Shown here piece after piece: positions 1-9,192 of a DNA stretch of 42,587 bases (the stretch's first letter is position 1; the number at the start of each line of letters is the position of its first letter). The position numbers and the translations under genes are program-made. The notes below the pieces were generated by a model, which was not told the DNA's origin, searched no databases, and worked only from the letters and a program-made list of their open reading frames with translations. This DNA is from an uncultured Alistipes sp. (GTDB taxonomy: Bacteria; Bacteroidota; Bacteroidia; Bacteroidales; Rikenellaceae): NCBI GenBank assembly GCA_964445055.1, contig CAYUJP010000001.1, positions 1 to 42,587 on the forward strand. The letters are read 5' to 3'.

Positions 1-34
1 CGACATCTGGCGCAAACTGAAGTTGGCGCAGTAG
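1..34 (+). CDS. Possible 3' end of an upstream gene truncated by the window edge (...DIWRKLKLAQ*)
   Basis: Open frame from position 2 ends in TAG at 32-34, just before a strong hairpin. Too short to identify. Confidence 0.35.
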   Translation, partial: DIWRKLKLAQ

Positions 35-53
35 GGAATTACTATCGCCACAA

Positions 54-100
54 AAAGAGGATAGGGGATTGTCGCTTGTGGACAATCCCCTATCCTCTTT
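54..100. terminator. Bidirectional intrinsic terminator (20-bp perfect stem)
   Basis: AAAGAGGATAGGGGATTGTC (54-73) pairs with GACAATCCCCTATCCTCTTT (81-100), with A/T runs at the outer ends. It sits directly at the tRNA 3' end. Confidence 0.85.
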
Positions 101-101
101 G

Positions 102-173
102 AGCCGAAACCGAGATTTGAACTCGGGACCCCTTCATTACGAGTGAAGTGCTCTACCGCTGAGCTATTTCGGC
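102..173 (-). tRNA. tRNA-Thr (anticodon CGT)
   Basis: Reverse complement GCCGAAATAGCTCAGCGGTAGAGCACTTCACTCGTAATGAAGGGGTCCCGAGTTCAAATCTCGGTTTCGGCT. Acceptor stem GCCGAAA/TTTCGGC, anticodon stem CTTCA/TGAAG with loop CTCGTAA, T-loop TTCAAAT. CCA is not encoded. Confidence 0.96.
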
Positions 174-195
174 AACATACCCTCCAATTCGGGTG

Positions 196-203
196 CAAAT
201 ATA
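196..203 (-). promoter_or_regulatory. Bacteroidetes -7 promoter element (TATATTTG) for the tRNA
   Basis: Matches the TAnnTTTG consensus about 22 nt upstream of the tRNA 5' end. Confidence 0.7.
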
Positions 204-250
204 GTGCTTTTTCTTATTTTTTCACTAAATTCGCAAGAAAAAATGGACCC

Positions 251-1690
251 ATGACTACTTTTATCTTCTGTCTGTTGGCGCTCATTGTCGCCTACTTCAC
301 CTACGGCCGATACTTGGAGCGAGTGGCTCAGATTGACCCCGGCAGGCAAGTTCCCTCCGAACGACTCTACGACGGGGTCGACTATGTGCCTATGCCTCGG
401 TGGCGTGTCTTCCTCATCCAACTGCTCAACATCGCCGGCACAGGACCTATCTTCGGAGCTATCTTAGGGGCGGCATTTGGCCCTGTTGCCTTCGTGTGGA
501 TTACCTTGGGAGGCATCTTCATGGGAGCCATGCACGACTTCCTGTCGGGTGTCCTGCTGGTACGCAACGATGGGTTGAGCATCCCCGAAGTTGTCGGACG
601 GCAGTTGGGCGAGGGGATGCGACAGTTCATGCGCCTCTTCTCGGTCGTGTTGCTGATTCTGGTAGGTGCCGTCTTTCTGCTCAGTCCCGCCGATATCCTC
701 AGCGACATGGTACCCAACATTCCGCATGCAACTTGGATTGGTGTGATTCTGCTCTACTACTTTGTGGCGACGTTGCTCCCCATCGACAAAATCATCGGCA
801 AGGTCTATCCCCTATTCGGCGTTGCGCTGATTCTGATGGCAGCCGGATTGTTGGGCGTACTGCTCTTCGGCCCCTACACTATCCCCGAACTCACCTCACC
901 CGGCAATGCCCATGTGCAAGCCCAAGCGCTCCCCATCATCCCCACCCTGTGCATCACCATTGCCTGTGGCGCAATATCGGGTTTTCACGCCACCCAATCG
1001 CCCCTAATGGCACGATGCATCCGCAACGAGCGGGCATGTCGCGCAGTCTTCTACGGAGCCATGATTTCCGAGAGCATCATCGCCCTGATATGGGCAGCTA
1101 TCGCGATGGCCTTCTTCGGCGGTGCCCACGCGCTATCCGAGGCGCTGGCAGCCAACGGCAACAGTGCAGCGTGGGCGGTGAATATCATCTCCGGCAAGAC
1201 CTTAGGTGTGATTGGAGGCATCCTCGCCTTGCTGGGAGTTGTGGCGGCCCCCATCACCTCGGGCGACACCGCCTTCCGTTCGGCTCGACTCATCATTGCC
1301 GACATCTTTCATATCGAGCAACGTACCGTATGGAAGCGTTTTGCGATAGCCATACCGCTCTTCGTAGTCGGCTATGCCATCACCTGCGTCGACTTCACCA
1401 CCGTGTGGCGCTACTTCGCTTGGACAAACCAGACCTTGGCAACCATCGTATTGTGGAGCATCGTGATGTGGCTTACTCGCCGTCAGCGCAACTATCGGGT
1501 AGCTCTCTTGCCCGCAATCTTCATGACCTTCATCTGTAGTTCGTTTGTCTTCGTGTCGGGACAATTTTTGGGGATGGCAAATCGTCCGCTGGCCTACACA
1601 TTGGGAGCGGTCGTCACCTGCGTGGTGACGATGCTGTTCTACCTGAACCTGCGAAGCATACTTCGCAAAAACGCACAACCCGGAAAATGA
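251..1690 (+). CDS. cstA: Carbon starvation protein A family membrane transporter (peptide/pyruvate uptake)
   Basis: Motifs DGVDYVPM, NIAGTGPIFGA, ITIACGAISGFHATQSP and TSGDTAFRSARL, with many TM segments. Start set at ATG 251 because the ORF-track extension overlaps the tRNA. Confidence 0.92.
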   Translation: MTTFIFCLLALIVAYFTYGRYLERVAQIDPGRQVPSERLYDGVDYVPMPRWRVFLIQLLNIAGTGPIFGAILGAAFGPVAFVWITLGGIFMGAMHDFLSGVLLVRNDGLSIPEVVGRQLGEGMRQFMRLFSVVLLILVGAVFLLSPADILSDMVPNIPHATWIGVILLYYFVATLLPIDKIIGKVYPLFGVALILMAAGLLGVLLFGPYTIPELTSPGNAHVQAQALPIIPTLCITIACGAISGFHATQSPLMARCIRNERACRAVFYGAMISESIIALIWAAIAMAFFGGAHALSEALAANGNSAAWAVNIISGKTLGVIGGILALLGVVAAPITSGDTAFRSARLIIADIFHIEQRTVWKRFAIAIPLFVVGYAITCVDFTTVWRYFAWTNQTLATIVLWSIVMWLTRRQRNYRVALLPAIFMTFICSSFVFVSGQFLGMANRPLAYTLGAVVTCVVTMLFYLNLRSILRKNAQPGK

Positions 1691-2385
1691 ATGCACAAGT
1701 AACCCTCACCCCCACTCCCAATCAGACCTTCCGCATCGAAGGGAGTGGCGACTACGACTTTCGGAAGGTGCTACATCGCACGGAGGAGCTGCAGCACAGC
1801 GGTGCTATCGACGAGGCATGCAACCTGCGTTATCACGCCTTTCAACGATTGGTAGAACTTATCCCCGACGATGAGGAGACCCTATTGGAGTGGGCACACC
1901 CCAACACACAGGCCGCATTGCAACTGCTCTACGGTTCGGCGGTAGATCACTTTCTCATCGATGATTTCGAACTTTCGGCCGCCATGCTGGAGTTTCTTTT
2001 GGACCTCGACCCCGAAGACCACGAGGAGGCGACTTGGCTACTCTGCTTCGACTATATCGCCCTGTCGGACTTCGACTCCTTTGAAGAACGTATCGACGAT
2101 CTCTCCGAAAAACGCCCCGAGCAGAGCCTTCTACGACTGTGGGCCGCCTACCAACAGCACGGTTCGCTTCCTCCGGCAGAGGTACGCCACTTGCAAGAGC
2201 ACTTCCGCGATGTATATCGCGAGTTCACAGCCGACCTCCACACGGCAGATGCGACCTACCTGCACGACATCGAGAGTGAGCATCCCTCGTCGGCAGCCCA
2301 AGCACGCGAGTTTTGGCTCAAGACGGAGACGTTGTGGCGGCTACATCCCGACTTCATTGCCGCGCTGAAACAAACCGACAAGTAG
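1687..2385 (+). CDS. Conserved hypothetical helical (TPR-like) protein
   Basis: 232-aa acidic, helical ORF translationally coupled to cstA (ATGA overlap). The LEFLLDLDPEDH segment is TPR-like. Confidence 0.7.
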   Translation: MNAQVTLTPTPNQTFRIEGSGDYDFRKVLHRTEELQHSGAIDEACNLRYHAFQRLVELIPDDEETLLEWAHPNTQAALQLLYGSAVDHFLIDDFELSAAMLEFLLDLDPEDHEEATWLLCFDYIALSDFDSFEERIDDLSEKRPEQSLLRLWAAYQQHGSLPPAEVRHLQEHFRDVYREFTADLHTADATYLHDIESEHPSSAAQAREFWLKTETLWRLHPDFIAALKQTDK

Positions 2386-2388
2386 GCA

Positions 2389-2976
2389 TCAGCGCTCTGC
2401 TTCGCGTTGTTTCTCCTCCTGCAGACGGTTGAAACAGTGACGACAGATGGGTTCGTAGGAGTCTTGTGCTCCCAACATCACCTGCTTGCTGTCGGCAGTC
2501 AGGCGGTGCGAGTGGTGCGCCAGATTTCCACAACGCACACAGATTGCATGGACCTTGGTGACATACTCGGCAACGGCCATCAGGGCAGGCATCGGGCCGA
2601 AAGGCTTTCCCGTGTAGTCCATATCAAGTCCCGCCACGATGACGCGGATGCCACTGTTTGCAAGCATCTTGCAAACATCGATAATCCCCTCGTCGAAGAA
2701 CTGCGCCTCATCGATGCCCACCACATCGACATTTGATGTCATCAACAGGATGTTCTGTGCCGACTCCACCGGAGTGGAACGAATTGCATGAGCATCGTGT
2801 GATACCACCTCCTCCTCCGAATAGCGTGTATCCACACGCGGTTTGAAGATTTCGACACGCAAATTGGCAAATTGTGCACGACGCAATCGGCGAATCAACT
2901 CCTCCGTCTTTCCCGAGAACATCGAACCACAGATTACCTCAATCCATCCCTTCTGACTTGCATTCTCTAAAAACAT
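2389..2976 (-). CDS. tdk: Thymidine kinase
   Basis: [19 protein letters not shown]-loop, IDEAQF, VAGLDMD, and zinc ligands CVRC...CRHC. Start at MFLEN (2976). Confidence 0.96.
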   Translation of the reverse strand: MFLENASQKGWIEVICGSMFSGKTEELIRRLRRAQFANLRVEIFKPRVDTRYSEEEVVSHDAHAIRSTPVESAQNILLMTSNVDVVGIDEAQFFDEGIIDVCKMLANSGIRVIVAGLDMDYTGKPFGPMPALMAVAEYVTKVHAICVRCGNLAHHSHRLTADSKQVMLGAQDSYEPICRHCFNRLQEEKQREAER

Positions 2977-3031
2977 ATCGACACTATCTTTTTCGATAGG
3001 AGTATTGCCTCCCACACATTCCCTAAATTGT

Positions 3032-3976
3032 TTATTTCGTCTTCTCTTGGGTTGCAACGCCATTCACGGCATTCATAAAGATATCGTTCATCGTCGGCGT
3101 CACCTCGCACAGCGACTGCAACGTCACCCGCGCATTGGCCACGGCAATTACATCGCGCAACCCGCCCGTTGCAGGAAGTTCAACGGTGAGGATATGCGTT
3201 CCATCTGCCTTGTCGGCATGCTCGACAAGGCGGCAATGGGGTTGCAACGCCTCGCACAACGCATCCCGGTCCCCTTGGTAGGTGAGGCAGTAGCGATTCT
3301 CACCATAGCTCTTGCGAAGCGTCTGCACCTCACCGGAGAGTATGTTGTGTGCACGATGGATGAGCGTAATGTAGTCGCACACCTCATCCACCGACGACAT
3401 GTTGTGGGTGGAAAAGATAACCGTAGCCCCCTCGTCACGCAGCCGAAGTATTTCGCGCTTGAGCTGCATGGCATTGATTGGGTCGAAACCCGAGAAGGGC
3501 TCGTCGAAAATCAGCAACAGGGGATTGTGCAACACCGTAATCACAAATTGCACCTTCTGCGCCATGCCCTTTGAGAGCTCCTCTACGCGACGATTCCACC
3601 ATGCATCAATCTCCAGCCGTTCGAACCACACGCGCAATCGCTGTATGGCATCCGCACGCGACAACCCTTTGAGACGAGCAAAAAATATCGCCTGTTCCCC
3701 CACCTGCATCTTCTTGTAGAGGCCACGCTCTTCGGGCATATAACCTATGCGGGCAACATCGTCCGCCACAAGAGGGTGCCCGTCGAAGACGACAGTCCCC
3801 GCATCGGGAGCCGTGATACGGTTGATGATTCTGATGAGTGTCGTCTTTCCCGCCCCATTGGGTCCCAATAGGCCATACACCGACCCTCGAGGCACCGACA
3901 ACGACACATCGTCCAATGCGCGATGACCCGCATAGGCTTTCGACACATGCTCAACCTGCAACAAATAGTCCGTCAT
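3032..3976 (-). CDS. ABC transporter ATP-binding protein (ABC-2/YhaQ-like, with C-terminal accessory domain)
   Basis: Walker [10 protein letters not shown], signature LSKGM, Walker [12 protein letters not shown]-loop STH. Start at MTDYLLQV. Confidence 0.92.
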   Translation of the reverse strand: MTDYLLQVEHVSKAYAGHRALDDVSLSVPRGSVYGLLGPNGAGKTTLIRIINRITAPDAGTVVFDGHPLVADDVARIGYMPEERGLYKKMQVGEQAIFFARLKGLSRADAIQRLRVWFERLEIDAWWNRRVEELSKGMAQKVQFVITVLHNPLLLIFDEPFSGFDPINAMQLKREILRLRDEGATVIFSTHNMSSVDEVCDYITLIHRAHNILSGEVQTLRKSYGENRYCLTYQGDRDALCEALQPHCRLVEHADKADGTHILTVELPATGGLRDVIAVANARVTLQSLCEVTPTMNDIFMNAVNGVATQEKTK

Positions 3977-4275
3977 GGGGATATCAATTTGTCTACGAAG
4001 ATAACTATTTTGTGCGGATATTTCACCCAAACCGCCTCGATTTTCTGTGTTTAATTGTTTTTTAACTTTCCGGCCATCACCGCAACAATTTCCGCACAAT
4101 ATCATCTAACCTCCTGATTTTCGAAAAGTTTAAGTATCAAAGAGTTGTTTTTTCAAAAAAAAAGATTCATCTTTGTGACCCGAAAGCAAGTGCTGAGGGG
4201 GATTGATTGCGTGTAATCAACTGACACACAACCAGTACTGAGCGGCACCCAAGTTAAACTAAAAAATTATTTATC

Positions 4276-4842
4276 ATGCAGATTCTCAAAATCGAGACCA
4301 CACCGCGTGCTGATTATGGCAAGAAGGCCAGCCGCGCAATGCGTCGCGAGGGTCAGGTTCCCTGCGTTCTCTACGGAGGAGGCGAAACCGTAACATTCAG
4401 TGTCGACAAGAAGGCTGTGAAGCCGCTTATCTACACACCCAACTCTTACATTGTTGAGTTGACCATCAACGGCAAAGTCGAGCAGGCCGTGATGCGCGAG
4501 GTGCAGTTCCACCCCGTTCGCGAGGAGATTCTTCACATCGATTTCTATCGTGTGCAGGAGGGTAAGCCCATCTCCATCAACATCCCCGTACGCCTGACCG
4601 GTAACGCCGAGGGTGTAAAGGTCGGTGGTAAGTTGGTTCTCTCCACTCGTAAGCTCTATGTCAGCGGCATGGTTGACAAACTGCCCGATGAGATTGTTGT
4701 CGATGTAACCTCGCTTGGTGTCGGCAAGACCATCTTCGTGGGTGATTTGAAGTCGGACGACCTGAAGTACCTCACCCCCGCAACAACTGCGGTTTGCGCC
4801 GTGCGTGTAACACGTGCTTCGCGTGGTGCCGATGCAAAATAG
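4276..4842 (+). CDS. rplY: 50S ribosomal protein L25 / general stress protein Ctc
   Basis: GKKASRAMRREGQVPCVLYG, EVQFHPV, HIDFY and GVKVGG motifs. Confidence 0.96.
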   Translation: MQILKIETTPRADYGKKASRAMRREGQVPCVLYGGGETVTFSVDKKAVKPLIYTPNSYIVELTINGKVEQAVMREVQFHPVREEILHIDFYRVQEGKPISINIPVRLTGNAEGVKVGGKLVLSTRKLYVSGMVDKLPDEIVVDVTSLGVGKTIFVGDLKSDDLKYLTPATTAVCAVRVTRASRGADAK

Positions 4843-4899
4843 CCTACGCTAAGGTTTGTGAGGAGTCTCCTCACGATTCGAAGCTAAAGAGCAAATTTC

Positions 4900-5463
4900 A
4901 TGAAATATCTGGTCGTGGGGTTGGGGAACATCGGTGCAGAGTACGCCGAAACCCGCCACAACATAGGTTTCAAAGTGTTGGACTGTCTCGCGGGACAGTC
5001 CAACGTTGCTTTTACGACCGGTCGCTATGGTGCCATTGCCGAACTTCATCACAAGGGGCGCACACTGCTCCTGCTCAAGCCATCGACTTACATGAACCTC
5101 TCCGGCAAAGCCGTACGCTACTGGATGGATGCAGAGAAGATACCCTTGGAGAATCTTCTCGTTGTGGTCGATGACATTGCACTCCCTTTCGGGACGCTAC
5201 GCATGCGGCCTAAAGGTAGTGCAGGGGGGCACAACGGGCTGAAAAACATCTCTGAGCTGTTGGGGTCGGAAGAGTATGCTCGCATCCGTTTCGGGATAGG
5301 AGGCAATTTTGCCCGAGGGCAACAAGTCGACTATGTACTCGGTGAATGGTCTGAGGAGGAGCGGCAAACGCTTCCCGACCGATTGAAACTCTTCGGCGAG
5401 GCCATTCTCTCCTTTGCTACCATAGGTACAGAACGCACCATGAATCTCTACAATAAACGCTGA
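4900..5463 (+). CDS. pth: Peptidyl-tRNA hydrolase
   Basis: [26 protein letters not shown] and GSAGGHNGL motifs. Follows rplY as usual. Confidence 0.97.
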   Translation: MKYLVVGLGNIGAEYAETRHNIGFKVLDCLAGQSNVAFTTGRYGAIAELHHKGRTLLLLKPSTYMNLSGKAVRYWMDAEKIPLENLLVVVDDIALPFGTLRMRPKGSAGGHNGLKNISELLGSEEYARIRFGIGGNFARGQQVDYVLGEWSEEERQTLPDRLKLFGEAILSFATIGTERTMNLYNKR

Positions 5464-5487
5464 TAGAACTTTCTATCAGCGTTTATT
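5452..5487 (+). terminator. Intrinsic terminator overlapping the pth stop codon
   Basis: AATAAACGCTGATAGAA / TTCTATCAGCGTTTATT form a 17-bp perfect inverted repeat. Confidence 0.75.
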
Positions 5488-5749
5488 ATATCTTCTCTGT
5501 CACCACAAATTTGTCCGCATCTTTTTGGACTCGTTCCGGCCGATGTACACACAAACGACGATTCTCGTGCGTCACAGGACCATTCGCCCCAGCTTCCGCC
5601 GCGACAGTTTCCAAGCATTATTCTCCAAAAAATCTGTTTATTTTTCGTCCAAAGGCAGATATGTATCGATTTATTTGTTCATCTTTGCACTTCCGAACAT
5701 TCGATTGACCCACGCTGTTCGATAAACGACTTTACTAAACTTATTTTAA

Positions 5750-7672
5750 ATGATTATGAAACACCTTTTACCGCACTGTGCAGGCGTATTCTCGGCACTT
5801 ACAAAAGTGTTGAAAACAGCCATCTTGCCCCTTGCGCTGTTGGTTGCGTGCGATGACTACGACGACACCGACCTTCGCAACTCGGTCGATGACCTAAACA
5901 ATCGAGTCACGGCACTCGAAGAGTTGACCACAAAGCTCAACAAAGATTACACTTCGGTACACCAGTTGGTTGTAGCGATGCAAAGCAATGTGTTTGTAAC
6001 AAGCGTTGCACAAACCACAGATGGCTATAAAATTACATTCTCCGACGGTAGCACCGCCACCCTCTACAATGGCGAGAATGGCTCAACCGGCAAGGATGCC
6101 CCTGTCATTGGGGTAGCCAAAGATACGGATGGCGTCTACTATTGGGTGAAGACGGTCGATGGAAAGACCGAATGGCTGCTCGATGAAAACGGAAAGAAGT
6201 TTGCGGTAGTCGGCACCACCCCCATGCTCAATGTTGACAGTGCAGGATATTGGACGGTCAGCTACGACGGTGGGAACACCTACAGTCGTCTGCTCGATGC
6301 GGCAGGACAACCCATTGTAGCCAAAGGCGATTCGACGCTCATCAAGAGTATCGATGTCGATGACTCCTACCTGACCATCACCCTCAACGATGGCAAAGAC
6401 ACCGCCATCAAATTGGTGCGTGACGGTTCGTTCCTGCTGACCATCAAAGAGGCTCCCGATGTGGCAACATTCACCTATGGTCAGACACTCACCTTCGAGG
6501 TGGAGTCTCAAGGGGTGAAGAAGGTCATCATCACCAAGCCCGACGAATGGAAGGTATCCCTCAGCGACACACAACTCAGCATCACAGCTCCGGCATCGGA
6601 CCATGCGACATGTGCAGATAGCAAGGGAGAGGTTGTGTTGCTCTACTTCAACGAGGCCTACCAGAGTCGATATGTCTCGCTCAACGTGGCCATTGCCGAG
6701 CCCGAGGTCTCTGCCACTCCAAAGATTACCATCCCGACCGATTTCACCACAGGGAATGTGCAGAAAGCAGTCTATCAAGGCAAACAAGTTGCCGAGATTT
6801 GCCTTGAATACGTTCGCACCGATGCCGTTGACCAGCAGATGACCGTCATCTATCCGATGACGAGCGATGGGGTTGCCGACCTCACAAAGGGAATCGATGT
6901 AGCTACGGGAGGTAGCGTTGTGTGGGACTTGAGTGCCAACACTTGCACCTACACAGCCGGAACCGATGGTCCAATCTCTACGTTCTACGTAGGCGATAGC
7001 GGTGAACTTCTGACCTCTTACGACGGAGATGTCGCAGAAGCTACGGTATCGGCAGAGTTGTTGCGCGATGTACGTGGTACGGAGATTCAAGAGTATTGCT
7101 TAGCAAAAATCGGAACACAATATTGGATGGCTGAGAGTCTGCGTGCAGAGAAGTTCGTCGATGGAACCGACATATCCACCGACTGGCAGAATACCAATGG
7201 TGCATACATCTACCTCAACGAGAGTGCCGATGATTGGAAAGATGTCTATGGCACCATGTACAGTGGTTACACCATCTATGCGAATGCAGAGGCATTGGCA
7301 CCTCAGGGATGGAAGATTCCCTCTGCCGACGATATGACCGCCCTCAAGACCTACATCGGAACCACGACACCCGGCCTGAAACTACGTTCTACGACAGGTT
7401 GGTCGAAGAACCCCGGAACTAACATCACAGGATTTAATGCGCTCCCCGGTATGTACTACGCACCCTCGTCGGAGGACTCTTTTGGTTCGTCGACAGCCGA
7501 TGTGGTCTTCTGGACAGCTACCTCGGTCGTAGACCTTGGAACAAATTCGTTGGTGTACTACCGCTTTTATGATGGCAACAACCGATTCACATTCGATCCA
7601 TCGACCTCCTCATTTGCGGCTACGTTCCACGCGCTACCCTTCGGACACTACGTACGTTGCCTGCGCAAGTAA
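5750..7672 (+). CDS. Surface lipoprotein with N-terminal coiled-coil/DUF4988 (PL29 N-terminal-like) region and C-terminal FISUMP (Fib_succ_major) domain
   Basis: Lipobox LLVA-C followed by acidic DDYDD. GKDAPVIGV..DGVYYW is DUF4988-like. The C-terminal IGTQYWMAESLR...APQGWKIPS...GFNALPG...FWTAT...VRCLRK pattern is typical of FISUMP. Confidence 0.8.
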   Translation: MIMKHLLPHCAGVFSALTKVLKTAILPLALLVACDDYDDTDLRNSVDDLNNRVTALEELTTKLNKDYTSVHQLVVAMQSNVFVTSVAQTTDGYKITFSDGSTATLYNGENGSTGKDAPVIGVAKDTDGVYYWVKTVDGKTEWLLDENGKKFAVVGTTPMLNVDSAGYWTVSYDGGNTYSRLLDAAGQPIVAKGDSTLIKSIDVDDSYLTITLNDGKDTAIKLVRDGSFLLTIKEAPDVATFTYGQTLTFEVESQGVKKVIITKPDEWKVSLSDTQLSITAPASDHATCADSKGEVVLLYFNEAYQSRYVSLNVAIAEPEVSATPKITIPTDFTTGNVQKAVYQGKQVAEICLEYVRTDAVDQQMTVIYPMTSDGVADLTKGIDVATGGSVVWDLSANTCTYTAGTDGPISTFYVGDSGELLTSYDGDVAEATVSAELLRDVRGTEIQEYCLAKIGTQYWMAESLRAEKFVDGTDISTDWQNTNGAYIYLNESADDWKDVYGTMYSGYTIYANAEALAPQGWKIPSADDMTALKTYIGTTTPGLKLRSTTGWSKNPGTNITGFNALPGMYYAPSSEDSFGSSTADVVFWTATSVVDLGTNSLVYYRFYDGNNRFTFDPSTSSFAATFHALPFGHYVRCLRK

Positions 7673-7694
7673 GCAAGTAACTACGTCCCAAATA

Positions 7695-7728
7695 CAAGAG
7701 ACCCCGACAAAATTGTCGGGGTCTCTTG
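7695..7728. terminator. Terminator hairpin between convergent genes
   Basis: CAAGAGACCCCGACAA / TTGTCGGGGTCTCTTG form a 16-bp perfect stem. Confidence 0.8.
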
Positions 7729-7742
7729 CGTACAGAGGGGAG

Positions 7743-8321
7743 CTACAATCTCGACTGCAGGAAAGCAACAAGCTTGCGCACCGCACGCCCTCGATGTGAC
7801 ACAGCGTTCTTCTGGTCGGCACTCATCTCGGCAAATGTAGTGTTATAACCGTCCGGGACAAAGAGCGGGTCATAACCAAACCCCTCCACACCTCGTGCCT
7901 GTTCCAAGATGTGCCCCTCAACGACACCCTCAAAGAGATGCTCCTCTCCTGCCATCAGCAGCGAGATTACGGTACGGAAACGGGCTCTGCGGTTGGTTTG
8001 ACCTTCGAGGTTGTGCAACAAGAGGCGATTGTTCGCCTCAAAGTCATGCCCATCGGTAGCATAGCGGGCAGAGTGAACCCCCGGTGCACCCCCCAAGATC
8101 TCCACCTCCAATCCGGTATCATCGGCAAAACAGTCGAGTCCGGTTCGTGCATAAAGGTAGTGCGACTTTTGAGAGGCGTTGCCCTCGAGCGTTGCCTGAT
8201 TCTCGGGAATATCCTCCGTAACACCGCACATACGCGGAGTCACCAATTCGAAAGCATCGCCCAACACACCTTGCACCTCAGCAAGTTTATGGGCATTGTT
8301 GGTTGCAAAAACAATCTTCAT
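7743..8321 (-). CDS. rdgB: Non-canonical purine NTP pyrophosphatase (RdgB/HAM1)
   Basis: FATNNAHK, ADDTGL, PGVHSARY, FGYDPLF and SHR motifs. Confidence 0.96.
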   Translation of the reverse strand: MKIVFATNNAHKLAEVQGVLGDAFELVTPRMCGVTEDIPENQATLEGNASQKSHYLYARTGLDCFADDTGLEVEILGGAPGVHSARYATDGHDFEANNRLLLHNLEGQTNRRARFRTVISLLMAGEEHLFEGVVEGHILEQARGVEGFGYDPLFVPDGYNTTFAEMSADQKNAVSHRGRAVRKLVAFLQSRL

Positions 8322-8324
8322 AAT

Positions 8325-9170
8325 CTATCGTGCCACTTCTAACTTCTGTAATTTTGAATCGACCGCAATCTTGTCGATGATGAGTTTCACCAACTGGTCC
8401 ATCTCAGACCCCTCTGTGTAATCGGCCGGACACACATGGTTCACACGGTTGTCGCGAATCAAGGAGCCCAACTCCTTGCGTCCGATTTTCGATTCGGGAT
8501 TGTAGACGGCGATAGAGTGCCCCCCAAAGTTCTTTACCAACCGCATACATGGGATGTCGGTGGTTCCATCGCCCACATAAATCATACGGCTGAAGGGGAC
8601 CGGCCTGTCACGCTCCTCGATATATTGGTTTACGAGTTTGCTGTCGCAAACCGACTCCACGCCCTTGTTTATTTTGAAAATAAACTGTGTTTTGTTGGTG
8701 TAGTTGACCGCCACTGCGGGCCAATAGGCCACCCCATCGACATCGTAGAGGAACGAACAAGCATATATCTTCTTGAACTCATGTGCAATCGATGTCCCTT
8801 CGATCATCTCCTTCAATCCCGACGAGTTGATATAGTGCAACACCCGAATATCGCGGCTTGCGGCATAGGCGTTGATACGCGAAAACCACTCTTTCACACC
8901 GGGGAATAATCGGATGTTGCGTCCCGACTCCTGAAATGCCTCACGACGAAGCGACAACTTGCGTGCTCGGGCTGCTGCAATCATCTTGGCCATATAGGTC
9001 AGTGTCATATCGGCATCCTGTGCCTCTGCCAACGAATTCGAGTCGTTCCAGAACTCCTTATTGCTCTGCCCCACGGCCGGGATGAAATCATACTCCTGCA
9101 TGTTTCCCGGAGCTAAAGTCCCATCGAAGTCATAGATGAGTGCTGCGGTGATTTGTCTCTTTTCGTCCAT
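8325..9170 (-). CDS. HAD-superfamily hydrolase
   Basis: Motif I YDFDGTL and motif IV YVGDGTTD. Start at MDEKRQ (9170). Confidence 0.88.
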   Translation of the reverse strand: MDEKRQITAALIYDFDGTLAPGNMQEYDFIPAVGQSNKEFWNDSNSLAEAQDADMTLTYMAKMIAAARARKLSLRREAFQESGRNIRLFPGVKEWFSRINAYAASRDIRVLHYINSSGLKEMIEGTSIAHEFKKIYACSFLYDVDGVAYWPAVAVNYTNKTQFIFKINKGVESVCDSKLVNQYIEERDRPVPFSRMIYVGDGTTDIPCMRLVKNFGGHSIAVYNPESKIGRKELGSLIRDNRVNHVCPADYTEGSEMDQLVKLIIDKIAVDSKLQKLEVAR

Positions 9171-9192
9171 AGTTATAGGTCCTATTTGATTA

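Noticed and set aside
102-173. tRNA-Thr as the integration site of an island
   Set aside because: No integrase or duplicated tRNA 3' end was seen, and a terminator follows directly. Sequence left of the window cannot be assessed.
143-250. N-terminal extension of cstA in the ORF track
   Set aside because: It overlaps the tRNA-Thr gene and its promoter. ATG 251 begins the first TM segment.
400-1539. 379-aa alternative-frame ORF
   Set aside because: It lies wholly inside cstA, has Arg/His-rich off-frame composition and shows no motifs.
6083-7090. 335-aa antisense ORF (similar cases at 26867-27703 and 35122-36054)
   Set aside because: These are antisense shadows of well-supported genes and have no recognisable features.
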